Source: Octopus bimaculoides (lineage: Eukaryota). From it: a DNA stretch of 61,427 nucleotides. Shown here piece by piece: positions 35,286 through 47,784 of the stretch. The stretch lies in assembly GCF_001194135.2 (NCBI RefSeq), contig NC_068985.1:4627498-4688924 (forward strand), in the 5' to 3' direction. Numbering within the stretch: position 1 is the first letter of the stretch; each line of letters starts with the position of its first letter. The notes under the pieces are model-generated. The model saw nothing but the letters and a program-made list of their open reading frames with translations, was not told where the DNA came from and searched no databases. The position numbers were made by a program, and so were the translations under genes.

Positions 35286-35793
35286 GGAGATGAAGTTACA
35301 AGGGAGCCCCTTTTTTGATCACTCAACCAGCAAAAAATAGTAACTAAATCTCCCTCATTTTAAATAAAGCAAGACACAGACATCCTAACAAAAGAATTGG
35401 AATTTGTCTTCTATCTTTTACTTGTTTCAGTCATTAGACTGTGGCCATGCTGGGGCACCACCTTGAAGAGTCTTTTAGTCAAATGAAATGACTCCAGGAC
35501 TTATTCTATTGGTCACTTTTGCCAAACTGCTAAGTTACAGGGATGTAAACACACCAACACCAGTTATCAAGTAGTGGTGGGGTACAAACACAGACAGACA
35601 CACACATATATATGACAAGCTTCTTTCAGTTTCCATCTACCAAATCCACTCACAAGGCTTTGGTCAGCCTGAGTCTATAGTGGAAGCTACTTGCCCAAGG
35701 TGCCACATAGTGGGACTGAATGGGGAACCTGCATTTAGCCACAGTTAGAATGCTTTTGATATGTCTGTCACTCTTAGAGATATTAATTAGAAA

Positions 35794-35842
<49 letters not shown>

Positions 35843-35847
35843 CTTAC

Positions 35848-35960
35848 TCATGTCTTCCTTCAATTAATTCAGTTGTTACATTATTTTTGCCCTTCAGAAG
35901 AGTCACGTCATTCTTTTTGGTATCATTACGTGGAATATCAGCAACGATATTCTCAATTTC
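35848..35960 (-). CDS. Gene 2 exon, 113 nt (EIENIVADIPRNDTKKNDVTLLKGKNNVTTELIEGRH)
   Basis: TTTTTTCCAG acceptor and GA|GTAAGT donor. Phase 0 to 2, no stops. Confidence 0.8.
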
Positions 35961-36214
35961 CTGGAAAAAAATCAAAGGATGAAAGATTTCCAAATTGAAA
36001 ATAATTACGAACGTGGTAACAACAACAGCACCATCATTGTCACCATCTTCATCATGACAAAAGACAAAGGCATGGAAGGGGAAGAATATAATAATAATTT
36101 CCATCTTAGGCCCAAGGCTTAGAAGCTTCCTAGAGAAAGATATAATAAATAGTAATTTGTAGAAATCTCTTCACTACCATTAAGTATGAAAAACAAAGTC
36201 AAAATTAAGCCAGT

Positions 36215-36415
36215 GATTGGTTGGTAATGCTGATGATGATGAAGCTGATAATGTTGATATTGGTGATGATGGCAGAGATTGGTTGATAATGCTGATGATG
36301 TTGGATAATGAAGATGATGGCAGTAATTGGTTAATAATGCTGCTGCTGATGAAACTGATAATGTTGATAATGCAGACGATGGCAGGAATTGGCTGATAAT
36401 GCTGATGGTGAAGAC
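36215..36415. repeat. Minisatellite, about 4 degenerate units of 48-62 bp
   Basis: Recurring (G/A)ATTGG(T/C)T..TAATGCTG...GATGGCAG. Confidence 0.7.
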
Positions 36416-36975
36416 CAGAACAGGCAAACCTCACCTTTATTGGCAATTGGTTCCAAAACATGTGACTTAACTTGAAAAATGATATAACATGGAAAATCAT
36501 TTAAAAAATTCAATAGTTTAAATCCATTTTAATAAATGGTGCGTCCATATTTTTATATCACCATCACCATCATTTAACATCCCTTTTCCATGCTGGCAAG
36601 GCAGAAGAGCTGTACCAGGCACCAATTATCTGTTTAAGCATGTTTATACAGCTGGATGCTGTTCCTAATGCTAACCACTCTACAGAGTGTACTGGGGGCT
36701 TCTTACATGATGCCAACACATATGCCTTTTGCATGTATTTTATATGATTTTCCACCTCAGTATTGGGTTTTAGGTGTTTTTTTAAAAATTTGTTTTTAAA
36801 TGTTTGCTGAGACTGATGTAATGTCAAATAAATTGAATAAAGCATTCAATCTACTAAAATTAATAACCAAGCTTCCATCAACTCATGTCCTTGTCGTAAA
36901 ACCAATGGAAGGACATTGGATGGTTATCCTAGATGCACTATGTTTTAAAGGAACAACTTTGGTCGTTATCTAATC

Positions 36976-37686
36976 CAGTAGTTCTCAACCATTTTTTGCC
37001 TATGGTCCCTTTTGATTGCTATTTTACTAGGATGAACCTTCATAATCATTCCATGTTTCAAATATTTTCATAATTAAATATTATTGGGAACCATATTTTT
37101 TTTACTTGTTTCAGTCATTTGATTGTGGCCATACTGGAACACCACCTTAAAAGGAGTTAGTTGAAGAACTCGACCCTAGGACTTATTCTTTGTAAGCCTA
37201 GTACTTATTGTATTGGTCTCTTTTGTCAAACTGTTAAGTTACAGGGGATACAGACACAGCAGCATCAGTTGTCAAGTGATGGCAGGGGGACAAACACAAA
37301 TACATACAAATCATCATCATCATTTAATGTCCACTTTCCATGCTGACTGATGACTAGAAAGCTAGGAGGCTGCACCAGGTTCCAATTTGATCCAGCAAGG
37401 TTTCTACAGCTGGATGCCCTTCCTAATGCCAATCACTCCAAGAGTGTAGTGGGTGCTTTTTATGTGCCACCGGCACTGGCATTGACCACACTTATATGGT
37501 GCTTTTAACATGTACAATGGGCTTTTTCCAGTTTCTGTCTACCAAATCCACTCACAAGGCTTTGGTTGGCCTGAGGCTATGGTAGAAAAAATTGTTAAAA
37601 TATTTTGTGTATTGTAGAAATATAATCAGTTTACTGCAGATAAATTTTAACAAAATCTTGTATGGAAGCCCAGTTGAGAACCATTA
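36976..37686. mobile_element. hAT-type MITE with nested SINEs
   Basis: CAGTAGTTCTCAAC...GTTGAGAACCATTA with a partly matching 8-bp flank. SINE pieces fill about 37100-37580. Confidence 0.55.
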
Positions 37687-38092
37687 GTCTAGTGAATCAA
37701 AACTGATATGGGAGTTAAACAACAGCAGCAGCCACTGCCACCACCACTGCTGCTGCTACTTTAGTGTAATGCTAATGTTTCTTTCTTGAACCATGCCAGG
37801 CTCCTAAGGGCTGGTTTCCCGGTTTCATGGCGTCAATATTCACCAACTGGATGGGACGCCGGTCCATTGCAACGTTACTCATTTTTGCCAGCTGAGTGCA
37901 CTGGAGCAACGTGAAATGAAGTGTTTTGCTCAAGAACACAACGCCTCACCCAGTCCAGGAATCGAAATCACAATCTTACGATCATTAGTACAACACTCTA
38001 ACCACTAAGGCACATGCCTCCACTATTTTAGTGTAAAAGGTAGTCTAAATAATAAAGAAAGCCAACTGTGAAGTAGGCATTGTTTTACAAAC

Positions 38093-38138
38093 CTTGATTA
38101 ATAAATCTACTTGCAGGAAATACTTATCCAGTTTAAAC
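38093..38138 (-). CDS. Gene 2 exon, 46 nt (FKLDKYFLQVDLLIK)
   Basis: TTTTGTTTTACAG acceptor and AAG|GTTTGT donor. Phase 2 to 0. Confidence 0.75.
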
Positions 38139-38441
38139 CTGTAAAACAAAATTGAACAGTTACTGATTTCTATTAATGACATGTGACTTCAGATTTAGGG
38201 AGAAAAATAGAGTTGATTAATTTGATGTCAGTATATCACTGGCATTTATTTTATTACCCTCCCTCAAATGATAAAAGGTGAGGCTAGCAGCAATAAGATT
38301 TGAACTAACAGCATAAAATTGTGAATTGGCAGAAACAAAATATCACAAAACATTTTGCAAGGTGCTAGTTTTACAGCCAAATTAGTGAATATCATTAATC
38401 TATACATAATGTGTGTATGTGCATGTGTGGTGTTTGTAGAA

Positions 38442-38480
<39 letters not shown>

Positions 38481-38690
38481 ATAATTAATATTTTGAACTA
38501 ACAGGTATAAATTGATTAATGTGTTTAAATGTTGAGTAGAGTACTGGCACAGTTTAGGCTACATGTCATCTGCAGTTGTGCTATACTCCAATTGGATCTA
38601 TTTCAGGAACTCTGCAGTGTTAGTTAGGGTAATTGTATTGATTAAGTAACAAGAAGGTGGATTTACTACAAAACTTTATTCAGTATAATG

Positions 38691-38754
38691 TTTGTTTCCA
38701 CCTGTCCTACTATTGTCCTTTACATAGGACACCAGCAGGACAGGTCGAAACGAA
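38691..38754 (-). ncRNA. Pre-miRNA-like hairpin in a gene 2 intron
   Basis: 29-nt arms without bulges and a 6-nt loop. On the minus strand: 24 Watson-Crick pairs, 2 G-U pairs and 3 mismatches. Confidence 0.35.
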
Positions 38755-38929
38755 TGTTGCACAGAATGGAGTTTAATACCAAATCCATCTTCTCATTACT
38801 TAATTAATATATATATATATATATATATCAAAATTCAATACAGGAAGAGAGATTCAGGTATCAAGTTATTACTGGTCAAAACCAACACATATTCAAGCTG
38901 CGAGCATAACAATATATATACATACTTAT

Positions 38930-39157
38930 TTATTATACCACATACATATGCATATATATATATATATACACATGCATATATATACATATGCACATATATA
39001 TATACACACATACATATATATGCATATGCACATATATATACACACATACATATATATGTATATGCATATATATATACGCACATACATATATATGTATATG
39101 CACATACATATATATGTATATGCACATATATATATGCACATGCACATATATATATGC

Positions 39158-39193
<36 letters not shown>
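38930..39193. repeat. Compound (CATATA/TA)n microsatellite
   Basis: Low-complexity run that generates spurious YI/HI ORFs. Confidence 0.9.
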
Positions 39194-39203
39194 NNNNNNN
39201 NNN

Positions 39204-39795
39204 AAGTCTGTTTTTAAGAGGCCAATTTTTGAGAATTGCATTTTCCTCGCGTTCAGTAAAAATGTGTTTATTATGGTAGCTTAGTGTGAGGCATTATTCT
39301 ATAGTAATGCCCTTATATAAATATATTCTAGAGATAATGATGGATTTTTCCCTTACGAGTTTTTTCACGCTAGCTACTTGATAAAATTTTTGTAAAAGAT
39401 TTTTATCCTATTATTGAATTAATCAAATATATAACCGGAATATATTCAGTGCTGAATTATTTTCTGGTATAAACATGTGTACCGAAGTGCAATTAAAAAA
39501 AAGCCCGCTTCTTACATGAATGTATAGGGAAGAACAATCTTCTATGTACGATGGCGGATACATGGGTGTTCATTTTGGTATGTTGAATCTTTTGTTTATT
39601 TTTATATATTCTGACCATACTATACTAATGATCGAAAGTTACATATTATTGTAATAATCGGGAAATCGTTCGATATATAGTTAAGTCTGTTTTTAAGAGG
39701 CCAATTTTTGAGAATTGCATTTTCCTCGCGTTTGGTAAAAATGTGTTTATTATGGTAGCTTAGCGTGAGGCATTATTCTATAGTAATGCCTTTAT
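39204..39795. repeat. Direct repeat of about 115 bp at a 479-bp period, each copy ending in a hairpin before a TA run
   Basis: AAGTCTGTTTTTAAGAGGCC...GAGGCATTATTCTATAGTAATGCC at 39204 and 39683. Confidence 0.85.
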
Positions 39796-39817
39796 ATATA
39801 TATATATATATATATAT

Positions 39818-40326
39818 AGGGAGAATTCACATAAAAACAAAAGACGAAGACAGGTGGTGTAGACAACAAACAGATGTATTAGTTTAATGCTTGGGAAGTA
39901 AAAAAAGTCTTTAACATTTCAAACCTATCCTCTTCCACAGAAAGAAACAAGGAGAGAAAATAAAGAATGTGTAGTGGCTAGCGTTCTATCATGGTGAATG
40001 CCAGACAGAAGGATCACACAGGAGAGCTAGGAAGAAGGGGAGATAATAAAGTAGTGGTGATCCCAAAACGAAGGTGCGCATGCATGTGTATAAGAGAGTA
40101 TGTATGTGCGTGTGAAAGAGGACTGGTGACCTTGATGTGTGTGTGTGTGTGTGTATATGTAAGTGTGAAGATGTGGGGCTGGGAAGTGGTCTGTGCTAGT
40201 GTGTGCGTGGTGATGTGTTGTGTTGTGTGATATGGTGGTGTATGGTATAGTGTGATGGTGTTGGGAGGTGGGGGAGGCAAGAGTGGGGAAAGCAAGGGTT
40301 GGTGGGGGTTAGGCTGCAGGTGGAGG
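39818..40326 (-). mobile_element. Penelope-like terminal region, family B; runs into a gap
   Basis: Homologous to 2600-2790. Hammerhead-like motif at 39908-39945. Confidence 0.5.
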
Positions 40327-42337
40327 NNNNNNNNNNNNNNNNNNNNNNNNNNNNNNNNNNNNNNNNNNNNNNNNNNNNNNNNNNNNNNNNNNNNNNNNNN
40401 NNNNNNNNNNNNNNNNNNNNNNNNNNNNNNNNNNNNNNNNNNNNNNNNNNNNNNNNNNNNNNNNNNNNNNNNNNNNNNNNNNNNNNNNNNNNNNNNNNNN
40501 NNNNNNNNNNNNNNNNNNNNNNNNNNNNNNNNNNNNNNNNNNNNNNNNNNNNNNNNNNNNNNNNNNNNNNNNNNNNNNNNNNNNNNNNNNNNNNNNNNNN
40601 NNNNNNNNNNNNNNNNNNNNNNNNNNNNNNNNNNNNNNNNNNNNNNNNNNNNNNNNNNNNNNNNNNNNNNNNNNNNNNNNNNNNNNNNNNNNNNNNNNNN
40701 NNNNNNNNNNNNNNNNNNNNNNNNNNNNNNNNNNNNNNNNNNNNNNNNNNNNNNNNNNNNNNNNNNNNNNNNNNNNNNNNNNNNNNNNNNNNNNNNNNNN
40801 NNNNNNNNNNNNNNNNNNNNNNNNNNNNNNNNNNNNNNNNNNNNNNNNNNNNNNNNNNNNNNNNNNNNNNNNNNNNNNNNNNNNNNNNNNNNNNNNNNNN
40901 NNNNNNNNNNNNNNNNNNNNNNNNNNNNNNNNNNNNNNNNNNNNNNNNNNNNNNNNNNNNNNNNNNNNNNNNNNNNNNNNNNNNNNNNNNNNNNNNNNNN
41001 NNNNNNNNNNNNNNNNNNNNNNNNNNNNNNNNNNNNNNNNNNNNNNNNNNNNNNNNNNNNNNNNNNNNNNNNNNNNNNNNNNNNNNNNNNNNNNNNNNNN
41101 NNNNNNNNNNNNNNNNNNNNNNNNNNNNNNNNNNNNNNNNNNNNNNNNNNNNNNNNNNNNNNNNNNNNNNNNNNNNNNNNNNNNNNNNNNNNNNNNNNNN
41201 NNNNNNNNNNNNNNNNNNNNNNNNNNNNNNNNNNNNNNNNAATAAACCACTGTTGTCCTTGTAAGTTGTTTTTCATGTTTACTATGGATTGCTTGAAGCT
41301 AACTTTCTTCCTACACCTCGATCTTCGGATCTTACATTTATAAATACATATATATAAGTGTGAGAAAGAGAAAGAATTTTATGTAATGACAAGTTTATTT
41401 AGCAAGAGAATCAGAAAGGAAGAGGTTTGTCAATGTTGTACAGTGTGAGGACCAAAGGCACGGGGTATTCTGGATTGCAAGGCAATGTATCAGAGAAAAT
41501 CGTGATGCTTTGGGAGAGAAGTATGTATGCATGGATAATGGTATGTTTGCACTTACTGACTCTGTAAAGAAGGAGCCGTGGCAATGAAAGGTTGTTAAAC
41601 ATGAAGAATGATTGGGAGAAAGACGGACCAGCTATCCTAGTAAATAGTACAGAAAAGAGTCAAATGCTAAACTGGTGTAGCAGTGGTATAGTAAGTTGTT
41701 CCAAGGATAAAGGAGATATCTGACAGAGGCATCATATTGTTGGACCAAATCATGAAAGTTGCAGAAAAAATTACAGCTCAATTAATTATCTGTATAATCA
41801 TCATCCTCATTTAATGTCTGTTGTCTATGCTGGCATGGGTTGGACGGTTTGACTGGCGGCTGGCAAGCTGGAAGGCTACACCAGACTCCAGTCTGATTTC
41901 GCATGGTTTCTATAGCCGGATGCTCTTCCTAATGCCAACCACTCTGAGAGAGTAATGGGTGCTTCTACATGCCACCAGCATGGGTGTCATTTGTGTAAGA
42001 CTGGTATCTGCCACAACAGTGATTTTCCTCAGCTTGATGGGTCTTCTTCTCAAGTACGACATAATGTCAGTCATTGCTTCTGTGAGGCCCAACATTTAAG
42101 CCAGAGGTCTCAGTCATTGCCTCCGTGAGACACAACACTCAAAATGAGCTCAGCCACTTTGCCCCCATGATGCCCAATGCTTGAAAGGTGCCTTAAAGGT
42201 CTCAGTCATTGCCTTCATGAGGCCCATATCTGCCATGACTGTGATTTTGCTTGGCATGATGGGTTTTTGTCTCAAGCACAACATAATGCCAAAGGTCTTG
42301 TTCATTGCCTCTGAGGTAATATATATATATATATATC

Positions 42338-42900
42338 ATCATCATCATCATCGTTTAACGTCCGTTTTCCATGCTGGCATGGGTTGGATGGTTCAACTGG
42401 GGTCTGGGAAGCCAGGAGGCTGCACCAGGCTCCAATCTGATCTGGCAGTGTTTCTACAGCTTGATGCCCTTCCTAACACCAACCACTCCGAGAGTGTAGT
42501 GGGTGCTTTTACATGCCACTAGCACAAGGGGCCAGGGGAGCTGGCATCGACTACGATCAGATTGTGCGTTTTATGTGTCACTGGCACGGAAGCCAGTCAA
42601 GACGGCACTGGCATCAGCCACATTCAGATGGTGCTTTTTACACGCTACTGGCATGGGGTTCACAACTACAATTTCCATTTGATTTGATTTTGATATTGCT
42701 GATGTTGATGTACTTGACTCAATAGATTTCCTCAAGCACAGCAGGTCGCCCCCTACAATCCAAGGTACTTTTGAATGGGCTGGGGCTGGTTATGTGAAAC
42801 TGGTGTAGGATACAGCTGTGAACTCACTTTATTCGCCAGGTCTTCGCAGTCACAGCATATTTCCAGAGGTCTTGGTCTTTCGTCATTGCATCTGTGAAGC
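42338..42900 (+). mobile_element. RTE-tail SINE or LINE 3' UTR with (CAT)n end
   Basis: CATCATCATCGTTTAACGTCCGTTTTCCATGCTGGCATGGGTTGG...CTGGATGCCCTTCCTAAC unit. Many more copies, e.g. 6480-6790, 8650-8965, 9815-10140, 19685-20000, 20340-20700, 44270-44635 and 57010-57375. Confidence 0.8.
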
Positions 42901-43558
42901 CCAACATTCAAAGGTCATGCTTCACCACCTCATCCCATGTCTTCCTGGGTCTCCTTCTACCCCGGATCCCTTCCACTGTTAGGGAATGACACTTCCTCAC
43001 ACAGCTCTCCTCATCCATCCGCAGTACATGACCATACCAAAGCAAACGTCTCTCTTGCACACTACATCCGATGCTTCTTATGTCTAATATTTCTCTCATG
43101 GCACTTACACTCTGTTGCGTGTGCACACTGACATTACACACTCAGCAGATCATGCTAGCTTCATTTCTTTCGGGCCTACGCATGTCCTCCGCAGTCACAA
43201 CCCGTTTCACTGCCATGAAGCATGGAAGTTCGTACACATGCATCATACAATCTACCTTTCACTCTGAGCGAGAGGCCCTTTGTCACCAGTAGGGGTAGAA
43301 GCTTTCTGAACTTTGCCCAGGCTACTCGTATTCCAGTAGTAATACTCTCTGAGCATCCTACCCCACTACAGACTTGGTCACCTTGGTAGCAGAGTCTGTA
43401 TATATACGCGCACACACACATTTGTGTGTGTGCATGCATCTATGTGTCAATGTTCACACACACACGTGCACATATACATATGCATAATATATTTTTGATA
43501 GTAAGAAAGAAGAGATGGATTGACAGACAGAAAGACAGAGAAACAGAGTGACACATAC

Positions 43559-43602
43559 TCTTGATGCCTTGCCCTGATGGCTGCAAGTTTTTCCATTGTA
43601 GG
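43559..43602 (-). CDS. Gene 2 exon, 44 nt (PTMEKLAAIRARHQ)
   Basis: CTTTCTTTTTCAG acceptor and GA|GTATGT donor. Phase 0 to 2. Confidence 0.75.
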
Positions 43603-45442
43603 CTGAAAAAGAAAGATGAAACAATATTTAAAATTTAAAAATAAAAAGACAAAATATTCACTTTTAAACAAAATTCAATTCAACTCATCAAAAATTTTAA
43701 AGGTTAACATTTATTTCAAAATTCATATTTAATAAAATTTCAGCAAATTTACATTTTTCATTCTTTTGATTTTCTTTCTTTTTTTTTTTTGTTTAGAATC
43801 CAGGTGTGGAAGCAAAAGCTGGAACAAAGGCCTTGGAATTAACTAAGGAAAGACTAAAGTTTCAGCTAACAGCAAAGCAGATAGGATTCTACTCCCTTCA
43901 GGTAAATGGTTCTGCTTGATATGTAGGAAAACTGTAGGTAGGAATTCCATACATTGTACCCAGTGAAAAGTTATGGACACACAAGAGATGCAGCGGAATC
44001 AAAGGATAGTTAATGGAAAAAGTAGTATTAGTAAGAGGAAAATGCACAGGAGCAACAAACACTAAGGATACACTGGAAATAAATTTTCTGAAACACCTTG
44101 GAGGCTCCCTAGAAGAAGTAGATAGTTTCTGTTACCTAACTGACCTAATTAGTAGTGGCGGAGGATATCAGTGATTCTCAACTATTTTTTTGCCCTTGGA
44201 TGCCTTTGGTTCCTATTTTACTCACTGGACCTCCATAGCCATTTGATATATATATATATATATATCGTCATGGCACCTGTGCCCAGCATCGCCTCCCTGG
44301 CACTTGTGCTAGATAGCATATGTAAAGACATTTGAGCGAGATCGTTGCCAGTGCTGCCGAACTGGCTCCTGTGCAGGTGGCATGTAAAAAACACCATTTC
44401 GAGCGTGGTCGTTGCCAGTACCGCCTGACTGGCCTTCGTGCCGGTGGCATGTAAAAGCACCCACTACACTCTCAGAGTGGTTGGTGTTAGGAAGGGCATC
44501 CAGCTGTAGAAACTCTGCCAAATCAGATTGGAGCCTGGTGTAGCCATCTGGTTTCACCAGTCCTCAGTCAAATCGTCCAACCCATGCCAGCATGGAAAGC
44601 GGATGTTAAACGACGATGATGATAATGATGATGATATATAAATATCTCACTGTATTTTTATTATTAAATATTATCAGGAACTGTCACCATCATCATTTAA
44701 CGAATGTTATCCATAGTGGTAAGATGCCAGTCTGATTTGGCATGGGTTCTACAGCTAGATTCCTTTCCTAAAGCCAACCACTTCGAAAGTGTAACAGGTG
44801 CTTTTTAAGCCAGAAGCATGTAAAATAGCAATTTATTGCACATAAATTTTAACAAGAAAATCTGATATGGACTGCCAAGGGCCATATGGACTCTGGTTGA
44901 GATCCACCGGTTAATATATTAATTAAAAGAAAAATTTGTAAGTAAACCAAAAGAAGAAGAGAGGTAGTGGTCATTACTTTTGCAAGCCGTGTTGAAATAA
45001 TGCAAACATAAACATCTGCCTGTTTATGTCTGGAGAAAATCACAGGCAGGGAAGGAAGAGGAGGCCTGATTGAATGCTTGTGATACAAGAAAAAAAAAAA
45101 AAAAAACCCTCTGCTAAAGACACTCTAGGATTGCAGGTGTTAAATTAAGATGAAGTTAAGCCTACTACTAATATAACAATTATCAATTTACTATAGAAGT
45201 TAGCCAAGATTTTAGGAAAAATTAATTACCATAGAGTATTTGAATCAAAATTAAACTAAAATTTAGACCAAAGTAGTTAAGTCTGATCCTAGATATTTAT
45301 AGAACCTAGTATAGCTTAATTGAGACAAAATCAAACATGAATTTATTAAACAGACCCAAAGCAATTTGTCTTCTTCAGCTCTATAAACGTGTATTAGCGT
45401 CCCATAGTCCAAACCAGTCCAAATGCTAAGATAGCGAATCAC

Positions 45443-45461
45443 CTGACGGATATCTAATTTT
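45443..45461 (-). CDS. Gene 2 microexon, 19 nt (KLDIRQ)
   Basis: TTCTTTTATTTATTTCAG acceptor and CAG|GTGATT donor. Supplies the phase 2 to 0 link needed between 47462 and 43602. Confidence 0.55.
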
Positions 45462-47461
45462 CTGAAATAAATAAAAGAATTATAAAAATATAATAAAACA
45501 AATTCATTAAGAAAATACTTTTTAACAAGTTATAAAATATTCTTCAACTATCTGTTTAGTATAAAATATTCCAAATGCTTTCTCTTTAACAAGAAGAAAA
45601 GGCAAACCACAACCATAAACCTCAACACCATACCTGTAAACTCCAGCCTCACAGGAATATTATCTGGTCAAAATATTAGTCAATGTTTGCTGCTCTTGAG
45701 TCGGCAAATATATAGAGAAGGGGTACACTAGGCTCATCCTATATCTCTGTATAGATTATCTAAGATTAGATGTTACAAATCTGAGATTCTCTTCAGTATT
45801 GTAAAACAGTTAAAATGTTTCAATGCTAAAAGAGCATTGAAACATTTTATTAAAATAATGTGAGACTGGTAAAATGTAAAAAGACGATAATACAAGGCAG
45901 CTTACAAGTTAAACACATGATTTGGAAGATTATAGAGTAGAGATAATACAGAAGCTGGATAATCATTTTTCATGTAAGAAAGGAAAATCTTGATGTATTT
46001 ATCAAACTCTAAATAGAAAAAATAATAATTTCTTAATCATCACAAAGTCATGAAACTGGAAAGAAGGGTGCAATCAATTTAATAGATCCTAATATTTCCT
46101 AAGTGTTTATCATATGACATCTGGAGGTATGAAAAGCAAAATTAACTCTGCTAAGATATTAACACAGATCTTACAGATCTGAGTTCATATCTGAGATAAC
46201 TAAATAAATCTTACCTTATCTGACCATAGGAGCCCCACCCAAACATAGAAAATGGTTTATGCACAATGATTATAAACATTTTAGGGGTGTGCTTATATAA
46301 TAGTCAAGGGTGAGGCAAATACAAATATAAACATCAAAACAGACTCACTCAAAGACTCAACCATATTGTATTCCGAGTGGTTCCATGCCCTCAAATGTAA
46401 TCTTCAGAAAGATTTCAAACACTATTCCTTTCATAAACACTTTCATCAAATTTACTAACAGTAAGGGATTGGGCATGGCTGTGGAGTAAGAGGTTTGCTT
46501 CTTCCCAACAACGTGGTTCCAAGTTCAGTCCCACTGCATGGTACCTTGGGTAAGTATCTTCTACTGAAGTCCTGGGTCAACCAAAGCCTTGTGAGTAAAT
46601 TTGGTAGATGGAAACTGAAAGAAGCTTGTCATGTATGTGTATGTGAGTGTAGGTGTGTGTGTGTGTTTGTGTGTGTATGTGCATGTGTGTATGTGTATGC
46701 ACATCTCTATGTATGGTAGCACCTCACCACTGCTTGACAACTGGTGTTGGTGTGTTTACATCCCCATAACTTAGCAGTTTGGCAAAAGAGACTGATAGAA
46801 TAAGGCTTAAGAAAAAATTAAGTACTGGGGTTTCATTCATTTGACTAAAAATTCTTCAAATGGATGCCCCAGCATGGCCACAGTCTAATGACTGAAACAA
46901 GTAAAAGTTAAAGGATAAAAGATATCCTGAAGTACAAGCAAGACTGTGTGGTAAGAAATTAGTTTCTAACCACATGGCTCCAGGGTTTCTTGGACAGGTG
47001 TCTTCTTTTGTAGCCGCACTCCCAACCAAAACCTTGTCAGTCGACTGGGAAGACGGAAACTGAAAAAAGCCCACTGTGTATATACATGTGTGTGTGTGTT
47101 ACCGTCTCCTTAACTTGACTTCATGTGATAGATTGTAAACGAGTGTCACTGTTATGCAAGTGGTGTCCTTTGTTTGCTATCTGCCATGGAAACATGTCTG
47201 GTTATGGAGAAATATTATCTTGAATGGGAACAAGCGAAGACTGGCAATCGGAAGGGCATCAGGCTGTAAAAAATATGCCTCAACAAATTCTGTCCAATCC
47301 ATGACAACATGGAAAAATAGATGTTAGAATGAAGCTGATGATGGTAATGATGATGATGATTACAATGATAATTCCTATATTATTATCCCATTTATACATC
47401 AGTCTTCTCATTACTTAAAAGCAAAAGTCAAATTTAAACAAGATGTGATAATATTACTTAC

Positions 47462-47526
47462 TCAAATTTTTGTCTTTCCATGATGCTAGGGAGCTTTTCT
47501 ACGCCCCTCTCAAATTCTTCATATTC
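47462..47526 (-). CDS. Gene 2 exon B2, 65 nt (EYEEFERGVEKLPSIMERQKF)
   Basis: CATTTCTAG acceptor and GA|GTAAGT donor. Only the phase-0 frame is open. Confidence 0.75.
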
Positions 47527-47784
47527 CTAGAAATGTTTACAAAGAAGGCATTTATTGTGACTTTATAACAAAAGTAATGGATTTCACACCTATAATTCCA
47601 TTTTAATTTGCACATTGACTGTTCAATGAAACTGGACATTTGTTATTTTTATCTTTTAATCTAAGACTCATGAAAAGGGGAGAGGAAAATATTCTCAAGT
47701 GCAAATCTTGTCTCAGGTATGGCTGTGTAATAAGAAATTTGCTTCCAAACCACATGGTTCTGGGTTCAGTTCCTCTTTGTGACA

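Noticed and set aside
36215-36415. Minisatellite considered as a CRISPR-like array
   Set aside because: The units are degenerate GAT-rich tandem copies with no unique spacers, in a eukaryotic intron.
38835-39284. YI/HI/CV-rich ORFs (also at 2.0-2.3 kb and 12.0-12.9 kb)
   Set aside because: These are translations of microsatellites.
40014-41343. Long ORFs of 250-420 aa in the ORF track (also 2770-3375, 23682-24773 in part, 49656-50657)
   Set aside because: They are long only because they run through N gaps.
45634-45663. 30-nt exon-like segment (NIPVRLEFT, phase 1 to 1)
   Set aside because: Its phase is incompatible with the flanking gene 2 exons once the 65-nt exon frame is fixed by its paralog.
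46347-46402. Exon-like segment with a GTGAGT donor, and a nearby AAG|GTAAG donor at about 46214
   Set aside because: No phase-consistent chain to 43602 was found, and the acceptors are weak or absent.
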